A program made the translations under genes and the position numbers. Of a DNA stretch of 64,000 bases, positions 34,131 to 47,809 are shown piece after piece; within the stretch, counting starts at the first letter, position 1, and each line of letters starts with the position of its first letter. The stretch is taken from contig OZ316894.1 in NCBI GenBank assembly GCA_973895155.1, forward strand, positions 10,509,874 through 10,573,873, given 5' to 3'. Under the pieces are notes generated by a model. It was not told where the DNA came from and made no database searches. It saw nothing but the letters and a program-made list of their open reading frames with translations. The DNA is from Marsupella aquatica. Taxonomy: Eukaryota; Plantae; Marchantiophyta.

Positions 34131-37100
34131 GTTCCTGTAGTTTATTTATCCGATACAGCTTCATTGCCATTAAAATTGTTTGAATTTACAATGCTCAGGA
34201 GAGTGGTTTCTTTCATGTAGTGTATTTATCCGATACAGCTTCATTGCCACTAAATTTTTTTGAATTTATAATCCTGCCATGTTTCCAAATATAGGTCCCC
34301 TGTTTACCTAGTTAAACTTGTCATCTATGTACTAAACCATGAGATTTTTATAAATACAGAAAAAAGAGTGACACTATTGTCAATTAGAACATCTTTAGTG
34401 GCAAAGTACTTAAAAGATGTTATCGGATAAGGGCATATGGTCTTCTTTACGCTTTTTACAAGATATAGTGACCTTAATATGTCTATCTGCATATGTTTTA
34501 TAGGATGACCTTATGTCTATTTGCATATATTTTGGAGGCTGCAATAATGGCCAATTGCAAACACCTTTTGGCTATCTTGTCTTATTCAAAGTGCTTTGCA
34601 ATCTATTTTATATTAATCTGGTGTAACTTGTGCTTTTGCCCTGTATTATTTTAAATTCAGTAACTTCTCCCAGTTACTTTAATATTCTCATTCCTGAGTT
34701 TTTATTCGGTACATTATACTTTACCAGCATTCCTCCTTATTTGCATGAAAAGGTTGGACTCTCCAAGCCCAACCAGGCAACTAAGACTCTGTCTATTGAT
34801 GGAATGTAACTTATTTGTCCATTGGTTAAAATGTTTACAATGTTTATGGATCAATAGGTGTCAAGTGGATAGGGAGCAGGGCTCTACCTTATTTGCATAA
34901 GAAGGTTTGACTCGCCAGGGCCAGCCAGGCAACTACTGTAGGACTCTATCTATCAATTGCAATGTAACTTATATGTCCATTGGTTATAAAATTTACAATG
35001 CTTATGGTTTATGGATCAATAAGTGTTCACATAAATAGAGAGCCACTCAAAATAGAGCAGAAAAATTAGAAGGATACACTAAGTTAGAGTATGATACTTT
35101 TCTTTGAATCACAGAGTATTGCACCTATAAAGATGCAATGATCGGTACATTCACGTTAATGTATAAAAAATGCACAACTTCGACCTGAAGTCTCACCCAG
35201 AAAGTATCGTACCTCTCTTCCCTTTAAAGGTGTGTATTTTTTCCCATTAACTTTCTTATAATCATTCTTTCAATACTTTTGAATAGGATATGATGGTTTG
35301 TGTTTCATAAACTAGTTAAATTAATAATATACTGAATCAGAACTACTAGAGTTTATTAGTTCAAATAGCTCTCTCTTAGAAGGGGCCAACTGTATGTAGG
35401 GAGAAATAAAGGAGTTCATATAATAGTAAGGCACTAGCCCCGACTACCCCTTCTTTGAACATGAATAGCCCAGAGGATAATAAAACTGTCACCAAAGTAT
35501 ATTCCTTAGTCATATTCTTTGAATGTTAATGAAATGATAAAAAAACTATCATGCATGTCATCATCCTAATAACAATACATAACATACCATCATCTTTTAT
35601 ATGCACATCCCTCCTTCTATGCACATATGTTATGGTGGGGCCATAGAGTTCATTTTTTAAATATAAACAAAAATCATGACAAAAAGCATGCATAATAATT
35701 ATCATTTGAAATGCTGCCATAAGTTTCCCCATTCACATGGTGAGCCATGGAGTTACAGTATAAAGACTTCACTCTACAAGCCTAGGCCCCAACTCTAGCT
35801 TGTAGATTGGTGCTTTATAAGTAAAATGACTTTGCTTGTATTTCCAGGTCTTGTGTTTGGCTATTAGTGGACCACCTCTATCCTCCTTACACTCCTGCCC
35901 TGTTTGCCACGTTCCACTTTGCGAGGAGGCCCTGTAACTAGTAAGGAGAAATTGTAAACTAGTTGAGGAGAGATGTAATTGGGCAAGGACTACAATAAGT
36001 GAACACACAAACCTTAAAGTGGGGAATACAGGTGTATATACTTCCCCCTTATATACCGGCAAGTGTCCCTTAAACCACAACTGCCTGTAAATAAGGGGGA
36101 AGTATTCAAGATTTATCCCGTTTGGCACTTTCCATCCACTTCTTTCTTCAAAAATGCCAGACTACTCCATGATTTAGGGGAAAAAATTACTACTACTAGT
36201 GAATTAACTATAGCTCTTGAATGGCAGCTGTGATTTAATAGAGTAGTACACTCAATAATCAATTGGGCAAATCATCAACTTACTTGTATCTCATAAAGTC
36301 ATTGAGTATACAGTTTGAGACATTTCTATAGTCATAAATTTTGGGGATGCGTAGCATGGTAGCAGTCATATTGTGTTTAAGATGGTGATATTCCAGTTTC
36401 TGGTCTTAGCCAAAACATTGATGGCCCTCAACTCTAGGTAAGGTCATACTTTGAAGCACTTGCACAATAGTAGTTTTTGGGTTCTGGTCCAGGCCACCCT
36501 CCAGTGGCTCTTCTGGCTCTCATGTCCTGACTAGATGTTTTGTAGCTTTTGTTGGGGTGTCTCGCCCCAGGGTGGAGCTTTGTGTCATGTTTCTTTTGGA
36601 TTGGGTAGTTGTTCCCCCCTGTGTGGTATTCAGTGGGCTGGTCCCTCCCCTTTTTGAAAAAAAAGAGGTTGTCATAGACACAACAAAACTACCCCTAACA
36701 TTTACCAATGAGCTTGTGGTGGGCCACTATGCATTTACAGCCTCCCGTATGTCTCCCTATATAGCATGCTCATCCTGGAACATGTTTTACTTTTTGTCTT
36801 GTAGTGATATTAAGTGGACAAAATTAAAGAGTAAGACTAGAATACATATCAAATGTGAATGAAATCAAATAATATAAATAAAGTACATGCAATAAAAGCA
36901 CATAGTGACCAATGGAAAGTACAATTTTATTACACAAAGTTGCTACTAGTTGTGCACAATGAAATCAAATAATATAAATAAAGCACATGCAATAAAAGCA
37001 CATAATGACCAATGGAAAGTACAATTTTATTACACAAAGATCCTACGAGTTGTGCACGTATTTCAGTGTGTCTTATTAATGACTTTTATTCAATAAAAAC

Positions 37101-38602
37101 CATAAACTTAGGAAAGAAAGCCACAAGGGGAGCTTAAGACAGGATGTGCTGACATTTCTTAGAATCATTCCTCTCACTCATGAGTATACTTAAAAGCGGT
37201 AGAAAATGAAACCCTTAGTTTCTCTCTAGGACTTAACAAATTATACAAATTAAGGGGGCTGCCAAAATAAATTCAAAACACTATAGAATACCAAAAATTT
37301 AAAGGGGTCCAAAAATGAATTAAAAGTCTATGTGATACAAAGGATGCCCCTTGTTAAGTTACATTCAAATAAAAATTCATGATACACAAATATGAATAAG
37401 ACAAAACATGAGAGTTGGATTCACCATATAGCAGCTTCAATATGCATTTACAGCCTCCCGTATGTCTCCCTACATACATGGTCAACCTTAATTTGCAATA
37501 ATGGTCCATCTCGGGGACCCTTACTATCAACATAATCTCTTGCCAAAAACCAATGTTGAGAAACCTTTCTGGAAACTAATTATGTGATATACAGGAGGTC
37601 TAGACAGGAGACTAATTACTTAATACTAGCCCCTGACTACTCATTCGTTGAACGTGAATAGTAGGGAGGACAAGAAAATTATCACCAAATATATTCCTTA
37701 TTTGCATTTTTTTGAAGGTTAATGAAATGATAAAAACCCATCATGCATGTAATTATTTTAATAATCATACATAACATACCCTACTCTTTTCTATGCACAT
37801 ATGTTATGGTGGGGCTATGGAGCTCATTTTTTAATATAAATAGAAATCATAATAAAAAGCATGTATGATTATCATTTGTCATACATCATAGTCATGAGTT
37901 TCCCATCCACATGATGAGCCATGGAGTTACAGTCTAAAGGCTTCACTCTCGAAGCTAGGCCCCAACTCTAGCTTGTAGTTGAGGCTTTATAAGTAAGATA
38001 AAGGAGGTCTGGGTAAGGGTTCTGGCCAGCAGTTTCTGTACTACTGAATATTGGTTACCTGTGTGTAACCATTTTTGGAATTACTTGCTATATTCCATAT
38101 CCTTGCCCGGAAACTCATGCTCAGTGCCTTTTTCCCGAGCCACTAGTTATGTTGTAGAAAGGGGGTCTGGGTAGGGGTTCTAGACTGAACCTACTCCCAA
38201 AATACTTGGAAAAGCTTCCCATTCACAGCATGCCAAGCTTTTGCTCATTTTCTGGTCACAAGGTTAGAGGCTAATAATCCAACCCAGACCACCATTATAC
38301 TATACGTAAATTTCTTACGGAATAAGGGTTACCAGAGGGTAACCATTTCTAGTCCACACTCCTATTCTCATAATCTAGTGCCCACAAATATACAGCAGGG
38401 TAATCTCTTCCCAGACAGGACTTACCCACAATTATTAAGGTCAGGGCAGGGATCTAGAGTGTAACCTTGCTACATGAATGTTTGAAAATGCTTCCTGACT
38501 GCCAGTTAGGTTATTCTCACATTTTTGACTCAGGGCTACACCACCCTAGTAACCCCCACCTAGACATTGGCTATACTAGTCATTTGTGGATGCAAACCTA
38601 GG

Positions 38603-39680
38603 TTTATGGCCTAGTTCTAAAGTGAAGCATATAGACCTTAACTCTGCCTGTGTCACTCAACTTTGGGGAACTTTGGGGGTGTGGGGTATTGAGACAAATC
38701 TACAACTATAATAAGGGATCCCGCCTTTTTTTTGTCTATTGTCCGAATACAAAAAAGTTCTTGGGCATAAAAGATTCACAGCCGTTGGATTCGATTAGCT
38801 ATTTTCCTTGACCATTGATGGAAGAAATGTGCACCCCTAGCACATATGTGCTTCCAACTGCCCCATAAATGCCCCGGCCCTCCTTGGACAGTGCAATGCA
38901 CTGGCATAGGGCTCGTCATAATATAATGAGTGTAAAAAATAAATAATGGTTTTGTTGGAAGGTTTATTTTGTACTCACCTATATTTATTGATTTAAAAAA
39001 ACAGGTAGTCAGGCTAATAGAACTAACTACAATGAGAAGCTAGAGTTTGGTTCTAGGCTATAGAGTGACCCATCTAGACTTTGACTCTAGGGCCCCACCA
39101 AACTTATGCGGAAGGAAAGGAGGGGATATTCTGTTATTACTAGCCGATGCCTATGCATTACACAAGATTTTGAGGTGAGGGAAAATTGGCAAGATGAGAA
39201 ACAGATGTAAAGATAAGAAAAATATGTCAAGGAGAGAAAAGATGTCAAGGGTGAGGGAAAGATGTCATGGTGAGATAAAGATGTAAAGGTGAGAAACAGA
39301 TGTAAAGATAGAAACAGTTGTAAAGATAAAAACCGATGTAAGGGTGAAGAAAGGATGTCAAAGTGATAAAGATATAAAGGTGAAAAAAAGATAAGATATC
39401 GAGGTGAGAAAGGATGTCAAAGTGAGAAACTAAATCAAGCCAGGTGAGAAAAGATCTTGAGGAGAAAAAATATGTTTAGGGTGCAAAAATATTGAGAAGA
39501 AAGAATATGTGTAGGGTGAAAAGATCTTGAGAAGAAAAAATATGTTTAGGGTGAGAAAAATGTCATGATTATATTATGATTTGTCTCAATTCCCCACACC
39601 CCCAAATCAAAGTTCCCCAAAGTTAAGTGACAAGGGCAGAATTAATGTCTACAGGCTCCACTTTAAAACTAGGCCATAAA
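38603..39680. mobile_element. Fold-back / long-TIR non-autonomous element with internal ~20-bp minisatellite
   Basis: ~100-bp inverted repeats at 38603-38700 and 39578-39680 (TTTATGGCCTAGTT...TTGAGACAAATC). Purine-rich repeats like GAGAAAAAGATGTCAAGGGT at ~39170-39560. No TSD identified. Confidence 0.65.
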
Positions 39681-40336
39681 GTGGATGGATGGGAAGGACA
39701 GTGATGGATGGGTGGATGAGAAGTGACGCTCATGGCTTGGGGAATTGGAGTGGATGGGATGGGAATTAGAGTGGATGGGATGCGCGCATGGGAATTGGAG
39801 TGGATTGATCCACTCCAATAGTCCAATCTCATCCGATCCGATCCACTCTAATTCCCATGCGCGCAGAAGAGAAGAGAGTGCTGCATTGCCCAGATTTTTG
39901 TGGTGTGGAGACGTGAGGAGAGCCGACGCTCAGAGCTCGAACAGAGTGAGTGACATTGCTCAGCTTCTTGTGCTGTGGGGAGACGTGAGGAGTGCAGACG
40001 CTCAGACAGAGTGAGTGAATTATGCAGTAGCAGTCGACGAGAAATCGGGCGAACTGTTGAATGCTTGTCCTCTTGTTGTTGTTGCTTGATTGCTTTCTTA
40101 GTTTCTATCTGCGGTGACATCAAGTAGTTATCGTTGTCATTTCGGATTGGAAGAGTTGGGGAGTTGGAATCAGCCATCAGTCTTGTTTTCTTTCGTTCTG
40201 CGTTTGTTGTGGAGTGAGTTTCGGTCGTGAGTGTTGCGTTTCGGATTTACAGCTTGTGGGTGTGTGTCGTCCCCCTCTGCTCGCGTTTCAGGAGCGCGAC
40301 GGCATTGTGTTGGAGGAAAAGGGAGGGTGCATCAAA

Positions 40337-41923
40337 ATGGCGTTGAGACACTTCGCAGCTCAAACAGCCACTGCCCTGAGGGTGCGATGTGCTCCGAGGA
40401 TTCCTTCCGGATTCTCTGTACCGCTCTTCCGATCGATGTCGACTGGTACGCTTTCACACTCTCATGAGCACAACTCAACCGCTTGGTTTCTTCAGTATCT
40501 GGCAGGCTTCACTCGAAAGGAATGCAAGGGGACATCCTTGTACTAAATGGCCTTCCTCTGTACTATCTTTGAGGAGTGCATTCTGGCCAAGGAGGTCTTT
40601 TCGTATCGGTGAGCCGGTTGCAGCGGTGATTTCTGCTTGTTATGCACTGTACTTGGGCGAAAATTCCTGTTCTTGAAGAAATGCCAAAAAGAAATGCCTG
40701 AGGCCAACTGTCCCTGTTGCGCTCCGGATCCATCTTGATTTTGCAGCATTTTCACTGCATTGCGTGTAACCCAGAATGCGGCATACCGTTCATGGACCTT
40801 AGAGCCCGTCATTCAAGATTTCGGGCCATATTATCAACTAGCACAGATCTCTCGGGCTGTATGTGACTTTTTAGAATGTACCCTTATTGTTGACTCTCTT
40901 TCGTAATTGACAAAGTATTCGTCGCGACAGTGATTCTTCAGTACTTCGTGATGGGACTCACAAGCAGCATGCGATTAAAATCTACAGGGGCATCAAGACC
41001 GTTTTGTGTCGGACACATTCATTTTCTCTGGGGCCATTTCCTGTTTTTCCCTGGGAATCTAGTGTATTCATGCGAAATGTTGGTCTGTCTTTGCGCAGTT
41101 CTCGAGAATCTGAAGTATGCGCCTTCTCACGAATGGGTCAGAGTGGAAGGAGATGTCGCTTATGTCGGCATCACCGACCACGCTCAGGTAGGTACATGCC
41201 TTTCTGGCGCTGAATTGCCCAGAAAATTCGCTGTGGCTGTGGATGTGAGGACGCTTAATTTCAAGGAAAATGTTCACGTATCGTGTGCGACTTCTTAATG
41301 TCTGCTATCATTGAAAGGCTTTTTGTGCGTGCGCATTCATTTTTATCAATCCACTGCTTTTCGTGTCCAATCGATTAGTCGAATGAGCTGAAATTTAATA
41401 TCCTTTCACAATGCGTCGTCTAAGCTTTGATATCACTCGCAACCTGCAGACTGAGCTCGGAGATGTCGTCCATGTCGAAGTGAAGATGGCAATAGACGAG
41501 AAAGTGACCAAGGGTTCCCCTTTCGCAGTTGTCGAGAGTGTCAAAGCAGCCAGCGATGTATACGCCCCCATATCCGGCACTATCGTTGAGATCAATGACA
41601 CCCTCGATGGTAGCAAAAGCCCCGAGCTGGTGAGTTGCACTATCTTAGCGATGAGTTCGAGGCACAATATCCCCCACAGATCCTCGCTTTGATATTTCTT
41701 GTTAACTTGCAGGGCTCCTAGAATCAGAACCATCCAGTCGGAAAGAGTTGGGGGTGCTAGTCGAGTCATGTTTTGACAGTCATGCTATTTTGACGTGCAG
41801 GTGAATAAAAGTCCATTCGAAGAAGGATGGTTCGCGAAAATTAAGTTGACGAATCCCTCAGAACTTGACAGTCTATTGGCTCCCAAGGCTTATGAGGACC
41901 ATGTTGCAGCTACTGCTCATTAG
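40337..41923 (+). CDS. GCSH: Glycine cleavage system H protein, mitochondrial; exons 40337-40445, 41099-41187, 41450-41629, 41801-41923, 166 aa
   Basis: Transit peptide, [25 protein letters not shown], lipoyl motif [16 protein letters not shown] and [10 protein letters not shown]. All introns are GT-AG and the frame is consistent. Confidence 0.95.
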
Positions 41924-42697
41924 GGGCATAACGCAGGGCAGACGCGGCAGAGGCAACACATTAACTTCTGTCTGGTGAAACTGGGCAGCAGTTAATTGCG
42001 GAGTGCTCGGGGCATTGTGTTCCCCGGTCACCTTTTGTCGAACTGAGGAACACGACGAAGGATGTTTGAACGTGCCCCTCCGTTTTGCTTGTCCACGACG
42101 GTGGAGTAAGTTTATTCCGTTAGGTTCTTATTCTCATTAACGTTGCTCATAATTTGGTCGTCACTTTTCTAAGGGTAGCCCAAGATGGCCGTCTTTCGCA
42201 TGAGCTTCTTGTACAGTTTTACTCTAGCTCCTTTTCCTTCTGCCAGAGCTCCAAGACTAGCTCTCTACTCACAGCGTCAGATGCCTGGCAATCTTGTATG
42301 CCCTTTCATTGGGCAAGTCTCTGCTACTACAATTCTTCATTGTGGTCGTCTCAAGACCAGAGACTTGACTCTTTGTTGTGATTAATTATAACTTGAAGTG
42401 CATGCTGAAGTAGTTCTATAGTGACATTTCAATTTGCACTAATCAGGGGACAATGCAAGTCAATTGCAGAGACAGCCAAGATGTGATTCCAATCAAGTGC
42501 AAATTGCTAAGCAAGTGCTCCTGATCTTGAGGGGGTTGTATTGTGACACCCAGCTTCGCAGTCTCTGTTGCTTTTCTCTTCGCTTGAGGGACAGGATGAT
42601 CTGATTGGGAATGATATGAGCTGGTAGCTGTTGCAGATCCATGGAAAGATGGCAAATCTTGTTCACCCAATATGTCAATAGGAGAAAGTTCACTCAA

Positions 42698-42822
42698 CTG
42701 ATTGCAAAGATGGAAAGTTCACTCCTCTGATTGCAAAGATGGAAAGTTCGCTCCTCTGATTGCAAAGATGAAAAGTTCACTCTGACTGCAAAGATGAAAA
42801 GTTTACTCTGATTGCAAAGATG
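42698..42822. repeat. 26-29-bp tandem repeat, about 5 copies
   Basis: CTGATTGCAAAGATGGAAAGTTCACTCCT units at 42698, 42727, 42756, 42782 and 42808. Confidence 0.85.
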
Positions 42823-45649
42823 GCTTTTGAGAGTGTAACAACAAGCAGGCATCGTTATTTTTACCGTCTTTATGGTCGAGTTCTTCAGTGACACATTTTC
42901 ATGCAAAGTGGTTGGAGACCATTGTCCCGGGCCTTTCACAAGTTTCTCCAGACTACCATAGGATTCAATAATGCTAAAGTTTCTGGCATGGTGGGAATGC
43001 TTTTCAAGACGACGGATGTGCAGTACACGTGACTTTATCCTTTATGTCCTGGGTGAATGTAAAATATGATTATTTCATGAACTTCAAAAGCCCTCCAGAC
43101 CATTCAAACGAAGCCACATTCCTCGATGATCGAAAGTGGGCCCCTCCTTCACTGCCCAGGGTACAAGAAGGGGTCGTTTTTATGTAATCCACCTCCACTC
43201 AAATTTGAGAGTAACTGAGAAGAGATATACCCTATAATGTTTTCCATCACTAGTATCTTATGGTAATTTGTGATCGAAGCTTCCTCTTTAGGACTACAGT
43301 TTAGATTGAAGACTCTAGACTGTGACATGAAGCCTGACGACTCTAGACTGTGATTATAAGGGGGGAAGGATAAAGCCTCTAGACTGTGACTGTAAGGACT
43401 GAACCTAATATTGGTCTGGGGATGGAAACTAGTGGGGGTGGAAGCCGGGCCTGTCAGTGAGTAAGCAGAATGATTGACAAAGGAATCCAAGTTTGTGAAC
43501 TAGATGGATTGAATGCAAATAACTGAATGGGCAAACATCCCGTGTTGACATTCAAACCAGGACGTTGTGAAGTAGCTGGTGCTATAGAGCTGCGTGATGG
43601 AGCTGACAAGTGATTAGAACATTTGATAGATTTAGACAACCTAACAATGACAGTGTTAGGCTTGCCTAAATTTCTGAATTTTAGCTTTCTAATGCAACTC
43701 CGAATCTCTTTAGTACTTGACTAAATCTATCCACATTATGTTCACTGGAAAGCTATAATTTCTAAAACTTTTCTAAGAATTCTAGGCATGAATGGTTGTA
43801 TCGAGAGATGATGAAGGAATTTTTAAAAAGAAATTGGTTAACAACAGGGCTAGACTTTCAGGGAAGGTAAAACAAATAAAAGAATTGTGATTTGTTCAAT
43901 ACTTGACTAACTCTAGCAATGTTAGATTCTAAGCAATCTAAGAGGTTTCATTCATAGATGAGGGAGCCATTGGAAATGGATTGAGGGTCATCCAAACTTC
44001 AACTTCCAAGTTAAATTTTCTAATTTATTGAAAGGAATGGAGAGAAAGAAACTGGTGATAGTGCCCCATTAATAGTGGGACGCTTAAGCTGGGTTCATAC
44101 TTAAACACTAATTTGGAGACAAAGTAAGAGATAAATAATGAGCGCATCATGGAAAGTGTCCAAGATTCAAGTTAATCCACACAACTTCAATGATAGGAGA
44201 TCCAGAATTAGGAGGAAACATGATGACCACTGATGTGGAGATCCAAATGGCTTCACCTTTAGGGTTTCTGAGTGAACTCATCCAAACAGAGTAATCTTCC
44301 AGGTTGCTCCATGAGCCCACATGCTGTATTCACGTGACAATAGTGAATACGTGACAATAGTAAACATAGGTGGACCCACAACTTTGATATAGCACTACAG
44401 TCATTTCTCGAGTCATTTCCAAAGACCCCTCTCTCTAATTGAATTTAAGAATCCCTAAAGAGAGACCGGTCCACAAACTAATTGCAAGTCCAACTTAGAA
44501 TCTTGCATGGTTTGTCTACAACACATTTTAGAAAGAATGCCCCTGAGAGCTTAAACTCTACTTTTCAGGAGCTATTAATGCCCATAATGTTCTAGAAGTA
44601 GGGTCTTCATACACTACGAGTGTCAATGATTTCTATTTCTACTAGTGTAATTACAATAGAGGCAAATTTTCCTAAAGAGGTGAAAGAAATTGTAACTGGG
44701 CATTGTGGGATACAATGTCCTGAGAATGAGAGTTTTAGAATTGACTTTTGAGGGGCTTTTGTTGTCCATAGTAGAGGAGAATTTTCCTACAGAGGTTATC
44801 CAAATCTTGACTTGGCATTGTGGGATTTAATGTCCTACAAAGGTGAGTTTCAGATCCACTTTTGAGGGCTATTATGCCCATAATGTTCTGGAAGCAAGAC
44901 TTTAATAGTGCATGCTCTGTATATAGGGCATTGTAAGATAGAATGCCCTAAAAACAATAGCTAAGGCTTGATTTGGGAGGTTATTATTGCCCATAATATT
45001 TGAAATAGGAGCTTAATACATTTAAGACCCTTAAGGATTCTTATTTCTACTAGTTTTATTAATGTAGTGGAGAATATTTCTAAAGTGGTGATCCAAATCT
45101 TGACTAGGCATTCTTCACCATCCCAAAGGAAAATCGCAACCCGCACTAAGCATATATACAGTCATGTTCTTCACTATATATAAATACAAAGGGAATTAAC
45201 TATGTATTAAAGTCATGTTTGAAGGGAATTGTGGAATGTGATGGCCTCACAAACACAGCTTTAGCTTGAGTTTTGAGTGGTTATTATTGTCCATAATGTT
45301 AGGGGAAGAGTAGCCTCTTACACTACTAGGCCTATGAGATTTTGAGTTTACTCATTTTAATGAAACTAGAGAAGAATTTTTAATATGAGTCAGACATCTT
45401 CACTCTGCATTCTTCTCCATAATTGCACTCAAAGTTCCTACCAGAAAAATCAGGAAGTGGATTAACTCTATGGACACATAAATCAAGATAAACTGAAAAA
45501 CTAATAAACCGCAGGGGACTTTCCGGGCCTTCAATCTCAAGTGAAGCCTCTAGCCAGCTATTTTCTGGGCCTCCTGTCTAGAGTGAAACCTCTAGACAGT
45601 AACTCTAAGTGAAGGCCACTACTGAAGTGCGGTGCCAAGATGTGCCAAG

Positions 45650-45850
45650 ATGAACAGGAAAAGGGGGTATCCTCTTTCCCACAAGGTGTTTTTTTGTTGT
45701 GTAGACAGGGATGGGGGCAAAGAGGAAGAGGAAATAAGGGGGTATACTTTATTTCAAGGTTTTTTGTGCAGGCAAGGATGGGGAAAAGATGAACAAGAAA
45801 TAAGGGGAAATGGTATTTCCTGCAAGCTTTTTGGGGATATCCATCTTTCT
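45650..45850. repeat. Dispersed repeat, second copy at ~47341-47590
   Basis: TTTTTGTGCAGG.AAGGATGGGG.AAAAGATGAACAAGAAATAA.GGG and GCAAGCTTTTTGGGGATATCCATCTTT occur in both places. Confidence 0.75.
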
Positions 45851-46224
45851 TTACGGACCCCCATAAGAGGTCTCTTGCAAATTCCCTGCCACGAGGTTGT
45901 GCCACATCATCACAACCAGCCACAAACAAGAATGATCATACTTTTAACAATAACAAACATGCACATTCCTGTTTGTGACAAAAACAACATAATTTTTGGG
46001 GCGTCATGCCGTAAATATTGAACGTAAAAAAAACCAAAATACAAAGGGAGATATGTCATTTAGTAAAATAAAGTTACCATTTTGATGTTTGTCAAAGATA
46101 TATCAGTGTTTTATATCAAAATGTTTGTATTTTTTAATTGTTTGCAAGCTTGAAAAAACCAACCAATAGAAATGTACATAGTTAAAACCCCTTTGGTTTC
46201 ACATTGTAAAACTAAATAATCAAT

Positions 46225-46710
46225 CTCTTTAATACTTGATAAAATCTGTCAATGTTTGATTCATTTAAAAAATAAAGATCAAGATTTAGAAACTCGTTAC
46301 CTCTGTAGTATTGTCTTGATAAAATCTTTCAATGTCACACTCATTGGAAAACTAAAGTAAAATTAAAAACTCATCATCTCCTTAGTACTTGACAAAATCT
46401 ATCAATGTTAGGTTCATTGGAAAGCTAGAGAAATTCAGATACTTATGATCTCTCTAATTCTTGACGAATAATCTCAATGTCACACATTAGAAAGCTAGAG
46501 ATTGAAAACCTCATGATCTCTTTAGTATCGTGACAAAATCTGACCTAAAATTTGTCAATGTCAAACTCAATGTTGGAAAGCTAAAAGAATTCATGAACTC
46601 ATGATCAAAATTTCTTATACTCACACTCATTGGAAAGGCAAAGAAATTTAAAAACTCATTAATTTTGGAACTTGACAAAATTTGTCAATCTGAGGCTCAT
46701 TGGAAACCCT
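46225..46710. repeat. Degenerate AT-rich satellite, ~70-80-bp units
   Basis: Recurring CTTGA(T/C)AAAATC..TCAATGT...TCATTGGAAA. Confidence 0.7.
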
Positions 46711-47809
46711 TTTCTCGATTAAGAAATATCACAATCTCATCACCGTCACAGACTTAACCGTTAAAAAATGATTTCTTTGATTACGTCGCCATCCCTTGTC
46801 CACAATGCTTGCTTCTCGGGTTGAATTGTTCGCATTCCTCTAGTCTTCAACTGAAGCTCACTTTGAACACAAATTGACGCCAAATGCAACTTTTATGTCA
46901 AAGAAACAATCGTTGGTCTCCCCCTCACACCATAGCTTTCTTAAATACAAAAACTACGAATCCTTCATGTGAAGCAATGACTTGTTTGTTTTGTGTGTTC
47001 TTTCCACCGAATCGACAAGAGCTCTTTTGCCAATAGCTAAGTGTTGTCCTCCAGTCTGTCTTGTGGCGGTAATGCTTAATGTAACTCACAAGCAATCAAT
47101 CATGAATGATAGAAACACGATTTCTGCAATATGTAAGCAAAAACAGTCAAAAAACTCAATTCCTCCATATTCAACCTTCCGTTGATAAATCTCCTCTATC
47201 TTTTGAGTTTTTTCTTTTGTACAAACACACACCAAGACCATCGGGAGACTCAAAACCGTAAATTATCGCCTTGTTGAAAATTGATTTCACTTCATCAAAC
47301 ACACATTACTTGAATGAACATGGGGGTCCACGAATTAATTGCAAGCTTTTTTGTGCAGGTAAGGATGGGGGAAAAGATGAACAAGAAATAACGGGGAATG
47401 CTTCTTAGGGCAAGCTTTTTGGGGATATCCATCTTTGTTTTCAAGGTTTTTTGTGCAGACAGGGATGGGGAAAAGCTGAACAGGAATTTAAGGGGATTGC
47501 TTTTTCCTGCAAAGGTTTGGGGGAAATCCTTTCCCTACGAGGTTTTCAACCTTGTTTTGCGCAGACCACATGGATACGGGGGCAAAGTTGAAGAGAAAGG
47601 GGAAACTTTTGGCTTCATGCTTTCAACCTCCAAGGTTGAGTCGGTGGATTATTTGTCAATGCTGAATTTGCAACTTGCTTGCCCGGCAGCTTCTTATTTC
47701 TTATTAGACTACTTGGGTCATAGTTTCTCTTCGTGTGTGCTACTTTGCTCACTAGAACTTATTTGCCTGGCTGCTATGATTGACAATGTTGCCACATTCG
47801 AGTTCATTA

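Noticed and set aside
42698-42822. 29-bp repeats of CRISPR-repeat size
   Set aside because: Directly adjacent units without spacers; a simple minisatellite.
43149-45420. Possible gene or retroelement ORF in a degenerate region
   Set aside because: Only short low-complexity frames and degenerate repeats (TTATTATTGCCCATAAT-like). No diagnostic motif found.
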